In this document: piece after piece, positions 50,278-62,606 of the stretch
Layout of the letters: the number at the start of each line of letters is the position of its first letter
How positions within the stretch are numbered: position 1 is the stretch's first letter
Assembly (NCBI RefSeq): GCF_964213995.1
Contig: NC_135812.1
Location: 62,186,001 to 62,250,000, forward strand
Direction of reading: 5' to 3'
Length of the DNA stretch: 64,000 nt
Origin: Mustelus asterias
Lineage: Eukaryota
The notes under the pieces: model-generated
Databases searched by the model: none
Told to the model about the DNA's origin: nothing
Seen by the model: the letters and a program-made list of their open reading frames with translations, nothing else
Translations under genes and position numbers: made by a program

Positions 50278-51169
50278 GTAGGTTTTATTTCTCCTACTCA
50301 GTTTTTACTTGATTTGTATGATTATAATGCCTATGAGTAATTTATGAAGGGTTAGAATACTAAGATTTATAATGTGGGATGAACTGGAATTGGTCGCCTG
50401 GTCCTTCATAAAGTCTGCTGAAACGTGTACTTTAAAAATGAACTGGAAAGGTAATAGCAAATCAGAAATAGTCGGCGGTTGAAGAATCACCGGTGTGCCA
50501 CTTTTGATCTGGCTTCATCTGAGATTTGGGCTGAATTTTTGCACACCCTCCTCCTCCGCTAACCCTGAAGTTGGAAACAGAATTGGGCATGGTGGGGCTG
50601 GGGGGAATGATGAAGCAAATGCTTGCAACAGTCAGCTTGAGAGTGTTGTACCCAGTGCCAGCCATTTTAGAGGAGGTGTGTTTCGGACTCAGGGAGGCCA
50701 CTTCTATCCAGGAGGCATTCAGGCAACCAGGCTTGTGAAGAGCCTTGTTCAAGGTAAGTTTGAGAGGACGATTGGAGTCTTTCAGTTGGCCTCCTGTCTC
50801 CCAATGCGACAGCAGAGTTAAAATGCCTAGAGACAGATAGCGAGCAGAAAACTAAGTTGCTCAGGCACCTGGCAGCCCTATGGGCCTTCACCGCATGCCT
50901 GGGTATTGGCACAGCCAACCACCATCCTATTGAGCTATAGAGTCTCCCCACAACCCCATGGTGGTCTGGCTGCTATTTGTTTTTTTATTATATTTTTATA
51001 TATGTTGCTGACAGGGCACCCTCCCAGTTACTTACCTTTTATTTCAATCTGAAGCTGGGAAGGCCTGTAATTGGCCCCTTAGCTTCACGAGCCTGTCCTC
51101 CACCCTTAATTGGACATGGAACCCGTCTCTATGACAATTAAGGGCTCACCCATGTGAAAATCTTAACTT

Positions 51170-51410
51170 TAATGGGGTCTCCCATTTAAGACAAAGATGA
51201 GGAGGAATTTCATCTCTGAGGGTCAGTAGTGTTTGGAATTCTGTTCCTCAACAAGCACTGGAGGCTGAGTCGTTGGATAAATTCAGGGGTGAGTTTGACA
51301 GATTTTTGATAGGGGGCTGGAAGAAAAGTGAAGCTAAAGCCACAATCAGAAGATCCTATCAAATGACGGAGAAGGCTTGAGTGCCTATTCCTGCTCTTAT
51401 TTCTTATGTT
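51170..51410 (+). mobile_element. CR1 3' end
   Basis: GATGAGGAGGAATTTC...TTCCTGCTCTTATTTCTTATGTT. Confidence 0.7.
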
Positions 51411-52066
51411 TAAGCTGTTTTCCCTCAGACGTTGGTTTCTGACCTAAAGGCAAACCTGAATGCTGTTTCCCGCCTCCTTTGTGGAAATTCAGACCCATGG
51501 ATATTGTAAGACTTTTAAACAGGGTGATTCACTTCACCCTATGATCTGGACTTTGTACTAAGCATCAATGACATGAAACATACTTTGGATACAATTTCCA
51601 CTTTCTGTGGGAAATGTTTATTAAGCCACTGAGCAATAGTATGTGCTTACACCGATTGCTTAGTTAGATCCACATGCAGGAGCTCATTTCCAGGTGGTCA
51701 TTCTGCTGAACACATTCTTCTGCAAGACTTCCATGACTGCCAAGTGACACTTCCCTGGCTGTAGCAGCAATGCGCTTGTGAGCTACAGCTTTATTCGCCC
51801 ATTTTGACCCTGGTCCCTTTACCTATAAGAAAATATCTTATCAATCCCACCATGGCAAGACCAACTACATGTGGTTATTTCCTGCTCTGAGCCACAGCAC
51901 TGGTTGTTCTGGTCAAGCAGTGTCTCTTTTTGTCAACATGAAAGCAGAGTTGTATGAAAGGAGAGAAGGTTAGCATTCCCCATAAGAATGGAAGGGACCC
52001 TAGTGGCCTTACAACACAAAATGGTTATGGCATTGCCATATACTTAGTGGCATCTAATCATGGTTG

Positions 52067-52400
52067 CCGGCACAGTGGTTAGCACTGCTGTCTCACAGCT
52101 CCAGGGAAATGGTTTCGATTCCAGCCTTGGGTGACTGTCTGTGTGGAGATTGCATGTTGTCCCCGTGTCTGTGTGGTGCTCCAGTTTCCTCCAAAAGATG
52201 TGCAGGTTAGGTGGATTGGCCATGGTAAATTGTCCTGAGGTGTCCCAAGATGCGTAAGTTAGATGGATTCGCCATGGTAAATGTGTGGAGTTATGGAGAT
52301 ACGGCGAGGGAGAGGGCCTGGGTAAGATACTCTGTCAGAGAATCAGTGCAGACTCAATGGGCCAAGTAGCCTCTTCTGTACTGTAGGGATTCTATGGTTC
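52067..52400 (+). mobile_element. HE1-type V-SINE
   Basis: GGCACAGTGGTTAGCACTGCTG head and CTGTAGGGATTCTATG tail. Confidence 0.88.
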
Positions 52401-52519
52401 AATGATCACCCCATGATTTTGACACAATCGACTTCTGTTGTCTGCTATGGTCAGTGTTGTGACACCACATTAAGGGTTCAAATGAAGTAGTTGTGAGGAT
52501 GAAAAAGTAAGTAAAGGCT

Positions 52520-53438
52520 AGGGGCCGGATTTTCACCATCGAGGCAGGATACTCGAGTCAGGAAATTTCTGAACTTGGCAGACCCAGTTGTATTAAAGGT
52601 TGTTAGGCCCTTAAGTCTTCACCCCTCACACCCCTTCATGCACCCACCTACTTCCCATGCCACATCCCGAGGCAATCTATGAACTAGAACAATAGAAACA
52701 AATAGCCAGACATACGTTTCTCCAGATAGCCTCATTATGAATGCATGACTAAGCTCCAAGACTCATTAATGGATTAGCTCCACCTAACTTCAAAGGTGTT
52801 TGCTTTGATTGATTGACATCTGTACTAGGTTATAATAAGTTATTCTTTCTTTGAACAGTTTCTTTCAATGTCTGTATATTTAGTTGGAAAGGATTGAAGT
52901 GAGCTAGTTATTGATACTATAATCAGTATGTCTGACCTGAATGACACTTCTATAGAATTGTAAGAGCAGCAGTTGCTTTTGAAGCAGATTTTTGAATGGG
53001 AGTATGAAGGGGCCTTGGGGGTCATGGAAGAGGGAATGGGGTTTTGGATGTGGCTTGATGACATGGAGTTGCCTTGCCTGGTGGGAGCAGGGAGGGCGGG
53101 AGGGCATGGAGGCAGCATTGAGGGCATGGATAAGACCTGTTAAAATGGTTATTGAATCGAGACAATGGCTCACATCTGCTCTGAATGGTTGTAAACTACG
53201 TGTCCTTGAAATGCTGGCCTGACTGCGCAAACATTGCAGGAGGGTATGAGATTCCCACCCCAGTAAGGATCCAGCCAGGTAGGGAGTGCAGGGTGTGGGC
53301 TCACTACCTGTACCCTTATCTCATGCTGGCGAAAATTGCCGCATTGGGAATGGGGGCGGGAATCCAAGAATCAGGGCCCACCTACCATTTTTAAGGGTCT
53401 CCGGAATCTGCCCAACTCCGCACAAATCCAACCCCAGG
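52520..53438. mobile_element. Possible longer non-autonomous DNA transposon related to the MITEs
   Basis: GGGGCCGGATTT / AAATCCAACCCC imperfect termini; non-coding interior. Confidence 0.4.
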
Positions 53439-54319
53439 GCTAAAGCATTGTAGTATATTGTTAACATAGCACTTAGCTGTTGGCAATTGCCAATTACTTA
53501 ATAAACTTGCAATAATGGCGTGATTCTTGATTCTTCTGGTATGAAAGCCTGTTGCTTTTAAGGGGATGAAGATTACTCTATTGTACTCATAACTATAACT
53601 ACCAGCAAACTGAACACAAGCTGACTTATTTTACTTTTGACCATGCCTCACTCTCTACTCACGCAATCTTTCATCCCCTGTCAATCTACACTTTCTTTCC
53701 ACCATCATTTCATCCCTTACCAAGCTGACTTCTTTCATATCATTTCTATTAGACAGTTACGAATAGATTCTTGATCCTATGAACAGGATAATGCTTAACA
53801 CACTTGTGTGACATTCCTCTGTGCAGTAGCCTGGGTTGCATACTAAAAGAACAGATTGAGTATTAAAGGTTAATCCACTAACATTACGAATGCTAACGTC
53901 TCCGTTATATTCCTTACTGTGTCATACGGGAGATCATTGATAGATCATTGATAGCCCATGGGCTTTGTGGAATATGAGCATCTTCATTGAGCGAGCAGAG
54001 GCTCACCCAATGAGAAGTGGACAGCAGGAGCTTATAAACCTGCTGCCCAACTTGCACCGGCATTATAGGTCCCGAGGTGTAGACTGTCTAGCTGTTAGCC
54101 GCAGGTGCAGTCCTTCTCTTTGGTACACAATAGAGGTTCTTTGGTGATAGGAAACTAGTGTCTGGCTGAAGTACCAAAGATACTCAGTACTTTAGAACTT
54201 TTTCCCAACTCAAACTGAAGGGTGAGGATTGGAGGAAGATGAAAGGTAGGCTTTAATTTTACATACCAGTTGGAATATTCACATGGGAAAGAAGACATTT
54301 ACTGGGCTTGGGGCAAAGA

Positions 54320-54552
54320 CAGTAAGAAGTTTGACAACACCAGGTTAAGGTCCAACAGGTTTATTTGGTAGCAAAAGCCACACAAGCTTTCGAGGCTCTG
54401 AGCCCCTTCTTCAGGTGCTTCACCTGAAGAAGGGGCTCAGAGCCTCGAAAGCTTGTGTGGCTTTTGCTACCAAATAAACCTGTTGGACTTTAACCTGGTG
54501 TTGTCAAACTTCTTACTGTGTTTACCCCAGTCCAACGCCGGCATCTCCACAT
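54320..54552 (+). mobile_element. Penelope-like fold-back insertion: 98-bp arms, 3-nt loop, tail
   Basis: Arms 54320-54417 and 54421-54518 with 1 mismatch; 13-bp TSD CTTGGGGCAAAGA (54307-54319, 54553-54565). Confidence 0.92.
54421..54457 (+). ncRNA. Minimal type I hammerhead ribozyme motif (mirrored on the - strand at 54381-54417)
   Basis: CAC-CTGAAGA-A-GGGGCT(CAG)AGCCTC-GAAA-GC-TT-GTG. Confidence 0.72.
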
Positions 54553-54939
54553 CTTGGGGCAAAGAACAGGGAATTGGAACTGATTGGATAGCCCTATCAA
54601 TGAGCTGGCGTGGACTTGATGGGCTGAATAGCCTCATTCTGCGCTGTGAGATTGTATGAATAAGAGGAAGTAACAGAATTACAGTAATAAAATTAGGAGA
54701 GATATTAGAAGGAAAAAGATGACTGAGGCAGGACTAACTTCTAGGCTATAATCCCAATGGCATCACACATATTTACCAGCCTGGGTCTTGTCCAATTCCT
54801 TGTTTCCATCAACTGGGAAATTGCAGAGTGACTTCCCAGTTTGACATATGTTTACATTCTTAAAACTAAGAACAAAAAAGGAAGAAATTTATCTTTTTAA
54901 ATAATCAGAAAACGTTGGTTACGAGGCTGTTTTTGTTCA

Positions 54940-57040
54940 GTTATAAAATAGTACCAACACAGAAAGAAACCATGCACTGGAAGGGCAATCTAGTTAATCT
55001 CATGCCCCAGCTCTTTCTCCCTGGCCCTACATTTTTTTTCTCATTCGAGTATTTATCCAATTCCCTTTTGAAAACTGCAACTGAATCTTTTTCCACCACT
55101 TTATCAGGCAATGCACAGAAATTCGAATCACTCATTGTGCAAAAATTGGAGCAGTAGGCCATTAGGCCCATCAACCTTGCTCCTCCATTCAAACAGATCT
55201 TGGCTGATCATTTACCTCAATGCCATTCTCTTAATATCCCTTGATCTCATTAGTATCCAGAAATTTGTTCATTTCTGTCTTGAAGATGTTCAATGATTGA
55301 GCTTCCATAGCCCTCTGGGTAGAAAATTCCAAAGATTCACCACCCTCTGAGTGAAGAAATTCCTCTTAATCTCAATCTTAAATAGGCTGCTGCTTATTCT
55401 GTATCCCCTGGTTTGAGACCCAGGAGAAGCATCCTATCCACATCTTGCTTGTCACACCCTGTAACAATTTTGTAAGTTTCAATTGCATCACCTTCAAAAT
55501 TCTAGGGGAGACAGGCCCACTTTCCTCAATCGCTCCTCATAAAACAATCCCTCCATCCCAGGGATTAGTCTGGTGACCTTCATTGTGCTCCCTCTATGGC
55601 AAGCATATCATTCCTTAGATAGGGAGACCAAAACTGAAAACAGTACTCCTGATGCAGTCTCGCCAAGGCTCTATACATTTGCAGCAAGACATCTTGACTC
55701 CTGTACTCAAATCCCCTTGAGATAAAGGCCAACATATCATTTGGCTTCCTAATTGCTTACTGCAGCTACATGCTAGCTTTCAGTGACTCATGAACAAGGA
55801 CATCAGGTCCCTTTGGACATCAGCACTTCCTAACCTCTCCATTTAAGAAATACTCTGCAGTTCCGTTTTTCCTACCAAAGTAAATAACTTCACACTTATT
55901 CACATTATATTCCATCAGCCATTTTCTTGTCCATTCACTTAACCTTTCATATCCCCTTGAAGCCTCCTTGCATCTTCCTCCCAACTCACATTCCCGCCTA
56001 GTTTTGTGTCATCAGCATGTTTGGAAATGTTACATTTGCTTGACACATCCAAATCATTTATAACTCTACCCTCTCGTACCCTTCAGCCTTCAGAAACAGT
56101 TTCTCTTGTTTGCTAACCCAATCTCCACTTAGCCTTCTCTGCTCCAAAGAGAACAATCCCATCTTTAGCCACCTCATTTATTTCTTTTGAATGAGTCAAA
56201 TTCTGTGAACATCTTTAACATCAAACAGGGGAGCTGACAAATTGGAGATAGATAAATAAAGAGATGTAATTTAGTATGCTAATGAGTATAGGCATAGAAA
56301 CATAGGAACAGGCTAGGCCATTCGGCCCCTCAAACATGCTCCGTTATTCAATAAGATGGTAGTTGATCTGATTGTGGCCTCAACATCACTTTCCTGCCTG
56401 ACCCCCATAAACCCTGGCTCCCTTGTTGATCAAAAATCTGTTTTTCTCAACCCTTAACATTTTCAGTTACCCAGCCTCCCCTTCTGTCTGGGGAAGAGAA
56501 CTTCAAACACCGATGATTGGCTGAAAGAAGAAATTCCTCCTCCTTATCTTTGTCTTAAATCATTATTTTATGTACCCCTAAGTTCTAGATTCCACCATGA
56601 CAGGAATCATCCTCTCAGCATCTACCCTCTCAAGCCCCTTTCAGAACCTTTCATGATTCCATAAGATCACCTCTCGTTCTTCAAAACTCCAATGAGTATA
56701 GTCACAACCTGTTCAACGTTTCCTCATAAGAAATGGGAGCGTGAGTAGGCCATTCAGCCCTTCAAGCCTGCTCCAGCATTCAATGAGATCATGGCTCATA
56801 AGACCATAACATGTAGGAGCAGAAGTTGGCCATTCGGCCCATCAAGTCCGCTCTGCCATTCAATGAGATCATGACTAATCTGATATGATCTTCTATTTCA
56901 AGACCATTTTCCTGCACTATCCCCGTATCCCTTGATGCTTTTAATATGCAGAAACTTATCGACCTCTGCCTGAATATACTCAATGCCTGAGCCTCCACTG
57001 CAACCTGGAGCAGAGAATTCCAAAGATTCACAACCCTGTA
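54940..57040 (-). mobile_element. Cluster of stacked CR1 3' fragments
   Basis: Repeated GTAGGCCATT(C)AGCCC/GGCCC tail signatures near 55150, 56310, 56745 and 56825; minus peptide NLWNSLLQVAVEA. Confidence 0.8.
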
Positions 57041-57636
57041 AGTAAAGAGTAATTAATCAACTGCCCACATTTAGTAATATTAGTGACGATCTTATCTTCA
57101 TTGTATGTGTGTGAGCAGCAAAGTGTCAACTGAGAAGAGGAGACAGATACATGTTGGCTGCCAGTGGGTTAAAGAGAAGCTTGGTCATTGTCCTGAGATT
57201 TGACAACCATATGCAGTTGTTCAAGATCTGAGCCCAAAGTTTGTAATGGATTCATAACACCTATTCTACAACAAATCCTGAAATGTCCATGTAGGTTACA
57301 GTCCATGCATCTACAGTTTTACCAAATTATTATTATACAATTAATGCAATAATTAAAATATCACTTTTATTGAAGATGTTTTACTTATTTATGGCAACAG
57401 TGCTGGAGGGGATTGTATACAAGGTGATGTTTTATTGCTGGGCTTATTACCATTTTGTTAAAATTCAATTACTGTTCTCTGGCAGACATTTAAATAAAGT
57501 GAGAGGGGAAAGATATGCTGTGAAAAGAGAGGAAAGAAATAGCTCTGCTATCAGAAAGGATGAGAGAGCCAACCAGATAAAGCTGGCACTGTGCTACAGC
57601 TTGCCAAAGCCAATTACATTTATTGCCAGTGCTGTA

Positions 57637-57755
57637 ATATGAACAGGGCTCCCTGAGTAACTCTGGGGTCAGCTTTGTTATATGAACAGGGCTCCCTGAG
57701 TAAATCTGGGATCAGCTGTCATATGAACAGAGCTCCCTGAGTAACTCTGGGGTCA
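57637..57755. repeat. 41-43-bp minisatellite x3
   Basis: ATATGAACAGGGCTCCCTGAGTAACTCTGGGGTCA starting at 57637, 57680 and 57721. Confidence 0.92.
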
Positions 57756-59359
57756 ATGCTGGAAAGTTGAAAGACGACACTTTTATTGTCACTGCTGTAA
57801 ATCTCCTCCGCCAGATGTAAATGGGTCAAAGTGAGCAGCTCCATCATGTTGCAGATACATAAAAAGCATCCTTCAGCGGAATTGCTGCATCACGCTACAG
57901 TATGTATGTGGAATTGGATAGATCTGTGCTAAAGCTCTATGATTGACACAGAGGGTGTTAGACAGAATATGCCATGGATCCACATGAGAAATTAGATTGC
58001 GCTATTGCTGCACAGTGCAAATAGGTTATTAACCAAGCCTGCAATATTGCTCCATGGGTACATACCCACAGTACCAGATAATCACACAGATATTTCCCTG
58101 CAGTTTAATCAGAGCATTAGACAGACTGGCAATACCACCTCAGTATAAGCTTTACATCTGGCATTAAACAGGTCCCGCCCAATTAACATTACCTTAACAT
58201 TGATCTGAGTACGTCATGTGTGATGAGATCCCGGATCTTGTTAACAATCCTTGCTTTTTCTCACAGTGGAATCCTGGCGTTCTGAGGTAAACACTCCATT
58301 GCTTCCTTTGACCTACAATTGAAAAGTCAGCTCTGATATTTTCATGCTGGCCAGCACAAATATACTAGTGTTTTTTTTGAAGTTGTCCATGGGCTGCTGA
58401 AAATGCCCATGGGTTGCATCTGTACTTACTACTTCATATTTTGTTTGTGCAGTCAACATTCTCTGATCTCTGGCCCATTGTGTAAATAAAGAACATGTGA
58501 AAAAGCTGAAGTTTAACTAAACATTCTGATGGCTTTTTAATTTGGTATTTGCATGTGAGAGACACACACACAGGGCAAAGTTTTTCTTTTCAGCAAATAT
58601 ACTTTATTCTTGAAATGGGTGAAAGTACTGTGAACAACCATTCAAATTTGACATTACGTAAAGTGTACTGCAATCCAGCTTTCTGTCAGTTACAGGCTGT
58701 CACACTTTGAGGTGCCATACTACACCTAGAATTACAGGTTTTTTACAATATCTGCTTGCATTTCATGTCAAACATTCACTGGTGCATGCAGCCTGAGGGG
58801 TTTCGCACAGGTTTCAGTCCCGCATTGAAAGATGGCTGGAGGCCTTAGGCTGTGGCCTTTCTTACACTTCTGGATCTTGGAATATGCAAGTCTGCAACTT
58901 TCATTCAAGGACAACTCACTGCATTGGAAGACCAGCAGATTTTAGGCAGACTAAAGCGAGCCTTTCACCTTTGATGGTCCTGCAGCAGGAGTTAACGTTT
59001 GTGTCAGTGTACCTCCCTGGGAACAGCCCAAGGGTGCTGTGTAGCAGAACTGCGCAGGATGAACCTCAACAAAACCATCGCATCTCTCCCCGTTTCTTTA
59101 CAATGGCAGATTCCAGAAAGAGGTGGGCGACCATCTGTTCCCCATTCGAAGACGGCGTGCGGTGGTGGAGTCTCCAGGTGCACATGATGGATCTGACAGA
59201 AAAGGCCCTTCTAACCACCAGCCAGTCTACATCTTGCTGCTTGTTGAAAAGCCCTGAAAATGAGGCATTTTGCCAAATTGTAGTCACAGAATAGATACCG
59301 CTGAGGGAAACCAAGATATTCATGCTGCAGAAAGGAATGACCCTCCAATTGTCATTTCT

Positions 59360-59606
59360 TCCAGGGACCCGGGATTGATTCCCAGCTTGGGCCACTGTCT
59401 GCACGTTCTCCCCGTGTCTGCTTGGGTATCCTCCGGATTCTCCAGTTTCCTCCCAAAGATGTACTGGTTAAGTGCGTTGACCATGCTAAATTCTCCCTCA
59501 GTGTACCCGAACAGGCGCCGGAGTGTAGTGACTAGGGGATTTTCAGAGTAACTTCATTGTCATATTAATATAAGCTTACTTATGACACTAATAAGTAAAC
59601 TTTAAA
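59360..59606 (+). mobile_element. Truncated HE1-type SINE with alternative tail
   Basis: V domain then GTGTACCCGAACAGGCGCCGGAGTGT...AGTAACTTCATTG. Confidence 0.8.
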
Positions 59607-60590
59607 CAGTAGCAGGATTGCTAATCAGAAGGCACAGATCTGTGATCATTAACAAAAGAATCAAAGGGGCATTCAGGAGATTTTGTTTTAGGCAGCATGT
59701 TTGTTATAATCTGTAATGCGCTACCTGAGAGGCTGGAGAGAGCGATTCAATAATAAACAGCAGTGACAATAATAAGCTTCCTAAGTGTGGGGAGATTGCA
59801 GTCCAGTCTGTGCCAATGGCTCAGTTTTCTCACTGTTATGATACTTAGTTATTTTCTGGGAAAGTCGTGGCCCTAGTTTATAGTTGAGGTCATCCTCAGG
59901 TTGGGAAAGCAGCAAGTGTGATGGGCCAAACAGTCTCTTCTTTTTCCAAACTCTCTTCATGGGCATTCTTTAGCATCAGTGCGGTTACAAATTTAGAATG
60001 TCAAATCTGAGTAGCAGTCTGCTGAATGAATGTGACTGATTTAGCCCAGTGTTACACCAGTCCATCAGGAACCACTTTTGAGTGGCCTTGATGGAATGAC
60101 TGCCATAGCTCACGCCCTATGATTCAGTATGCTATCCCCTTTAATAAGACCTAATGTGGAACATGCAAAGGGAAAATTATTGGCCTTGCGATTCATTGAC
60201 TTCCCTCCAGCTTATAGTTCAACAGCAGCATTTCCCTGGAAATTCCTCTAATACTTCCCTTGGTGTTTTGAGGGGAATTCTCCATGGTCTGCACGCAAGT
60301 GTCTGATAGTTTGCCAGACTGCTGAAGTCTGTCAATGCCCTTACACAGCGCACTGGATTAGGAAGCCAAGAAGTAATTGCTTGCAGCTGAAGGTTTTCTC
60401 GTGCAAGCAAAACTTTGATGAAACTGTTCATCAGCTCCTTTTTCTGTTACAGGATGAGATCCGAGCTTCAAAAATCTAAAGGACTCTGTTGCACAGCATT
60501 TTCCTCAACACCCTCCACCCCCATCCTCCTGCAAACCGTCCTTCTCTCTAGCTCTGAAGAATGGTCACGTGGACTCGAAATCTTAACTCT

Positions 60591-60706
60591 GGGTGGAATT
60601 TTCCCATCCCTCCCGCCACGGGAATTGTAGTGGACCGTGCAAAGGTCCATTGACCTCGGGTGGGATTTTACAGCCTTGGGGCGAGCGAGGCTGGAAAATC
60701 CCACCC
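60591..60706. mobile_element. Short MITE, subfamily B (PIF/Harbinger-like)
   Basis: 14-bp TIR GGGTGGAATTTTCC / GGAAAATCCCACCC (13/14 match), TCT on both flanks. Confidence 0.75.
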
Positions 60707-61670
60707 TCTATTTTCTCTCTTTTTTTTGTTTCAGATTCCTGCATCCGCAGTATTTTGCTATTTTAAGTGCTCTGTAAAGCTGGGGGAAGTTGCACACTCA
60801 CTGAGGGGGATTTTAAAATGCAGCTCAATGTGGAACAGGACACTGGGGTCCAAACTAGTGCATGCAGCAGCAACATCAGAACAGGACTTGCACTGAATGG
60901 CATCAAAATGAGTCCAAACCATGAAGGAGGAATAAGCTGCATACGTTTAATTTCAGCTTATTTCTTCAGCCCATCCTGTATTGTGAAGGATCGGCATCAG
61001 AAACTCCTATCGTCAGCATGCTTCAATGGTTCCAGCTAGCTCCTGCCTTTTCCCAAAGCTTTTATAAGCCGCTCTCCTGCATTATGTTCTTACATTCTTC
61101 ACGGAAGAACTGCTTATTGAATCAACTGGAAAAAAAATATTTTCTTTAAAAACTGCTACAGTAGCAGGAAGGCGACAGTAATCACAGAGTGAAGCTGGGC
61201 TTGAAATAAGTAAAGTTGGCAAGTGATGGGGGCAGCCTTCGAGTCATGAATTTACAATCTAAGCATTTTGCTACATCCTGTTGTTATTAAACTGACAGCC
61301 AGTCACAAAGAGCTGTTTCCCTTGTCACCATGGTGATAATTCAATCATTGGGGCTAGGATTTGGGACCACCACATAAAGCAGGCGAAATTGAGCTCCGGG
61401 CTGGGGAACTTTGGAACCGGGAGCCTGGGAATCTCTCGGCAATTCCTTACCCCAAGTGAAATTTGGAGTAAAGTAGCTCATGATCACTTTGTCCCATCAT
61501 TATTATGGTTAGCCTGAACATTTCTGCTTACGATATCAGCCTGATGCATTCAGAAGCATTCCTCTGATATTTTGTTGCTATCATTAAACTGATTATTTAA
61601 ACACAAACGGATATTGTATCAGTGAGCATTGCATTTATTCACTGTGGTACCTAGTTGTCTATTAGAAGTT

Positions 61671-61803
61671 GGGGGCGGGATTTTCCATTCCCGCCAGCAG
61701 CAGGATAAGCCTGCTTGGGCAAGACAAAAATTGGGAGAGCAGTCAGTCTTCCCATCCCGCCCGCAGCGATGCCTGATGCTGGTCAGACCGGAAAATCCCA
61801 CCC
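61671..61803. mobile_element. Short MITE
   Basis: GGGCGGGATTTTCC / GGAAAATCCCACCC termini. Confidence 0.65.
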
Positions 61804-61840
61804 GTGTTGTCTTGAGTATTTTTTTTCACGAACACAGATC

Positions 61841-62220
61841 TTTGGCATAGTGGTAATATCAATGGATTGGTTATCCAGAAACCTAACCTAATGCTCTGGG
61901 GACATGGGTTCAAATCCCACCAGGGCAGCCGGTGGAATTTAAATGCAGTTAAGAAAATCTGGAATCTAAAGCTCGTCTCGGTGCTGGTGACCATGACAGT
62001 GTTGTCATAAAAGCCCATCTGGCTCACTAATGTCCTTTAGGGAAGGAAATCTGCCATCCTTACCCGGTCTGGCCTACATGTGACTCATAACCCATAGCAA
62101 TGTGGTTGATTCTTAAATGCCCCCTGAAATGGCCGAGCAAGCCACTCAGTTCCAAGGTAGTTAGAGCTGGGCAACAAATGCTGGAGCAGCCAGTGACATC
62201 CACATCCCCTAAAAGATTAA
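61841..62220 (+). mobile_element. tRNA-derived SINE (second family)
   Basis: TGGCATAGTGG A box, GGGTTCAAATCCCAC B box, shared body. Confidence 0.8.
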
Positions 62221-62606
62221 TTATTAACAGGCAGGAAAAGACCGACTGGTGCATCAAGCCCACCTCACACCATGACAACCCAAACATTGTGGCTAAATAT
62301 TCCCTTTCTCTTCCAGTTGCATATTCCGTGATAGCAACATTGGGACTGGATTTTTAGGCCCTGATGGGTCGAGTATGGTGGAGCAGGAATTTTGATCACT
62401 GGCCCACTTGCTAATTCCCCAGTTCCAGCCTATCCATTGTTTTCATTTCGCAAAAGTTGGGGGTGACAAGGGGGTACAAGGCTACCTACCCACAAAGGAC
62501 TGGTAACCACTTAATTATGGCTTGAGGCCAATCGTCAGACGCCACCCCCAGACCTCCTGAGGTACCAGAAACTAAGCCAGCTGTCCGAAGCTAGTTGTTT
62601 CAGCTG

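Noticed and set aside
57637-57755. Spaced direct repeats resembling a CRISPR array
   Set aside because: Vertebrate intron, contiguous units without unique spacers, no cas genes
60435-60480. Acceptor tttttctgttacag as exon 20
   Set aside because: Phase-0 reading stops after eight codons and does not resemble ERIFLTLSNYIF; exon 20 was not found and is probably beyond the window
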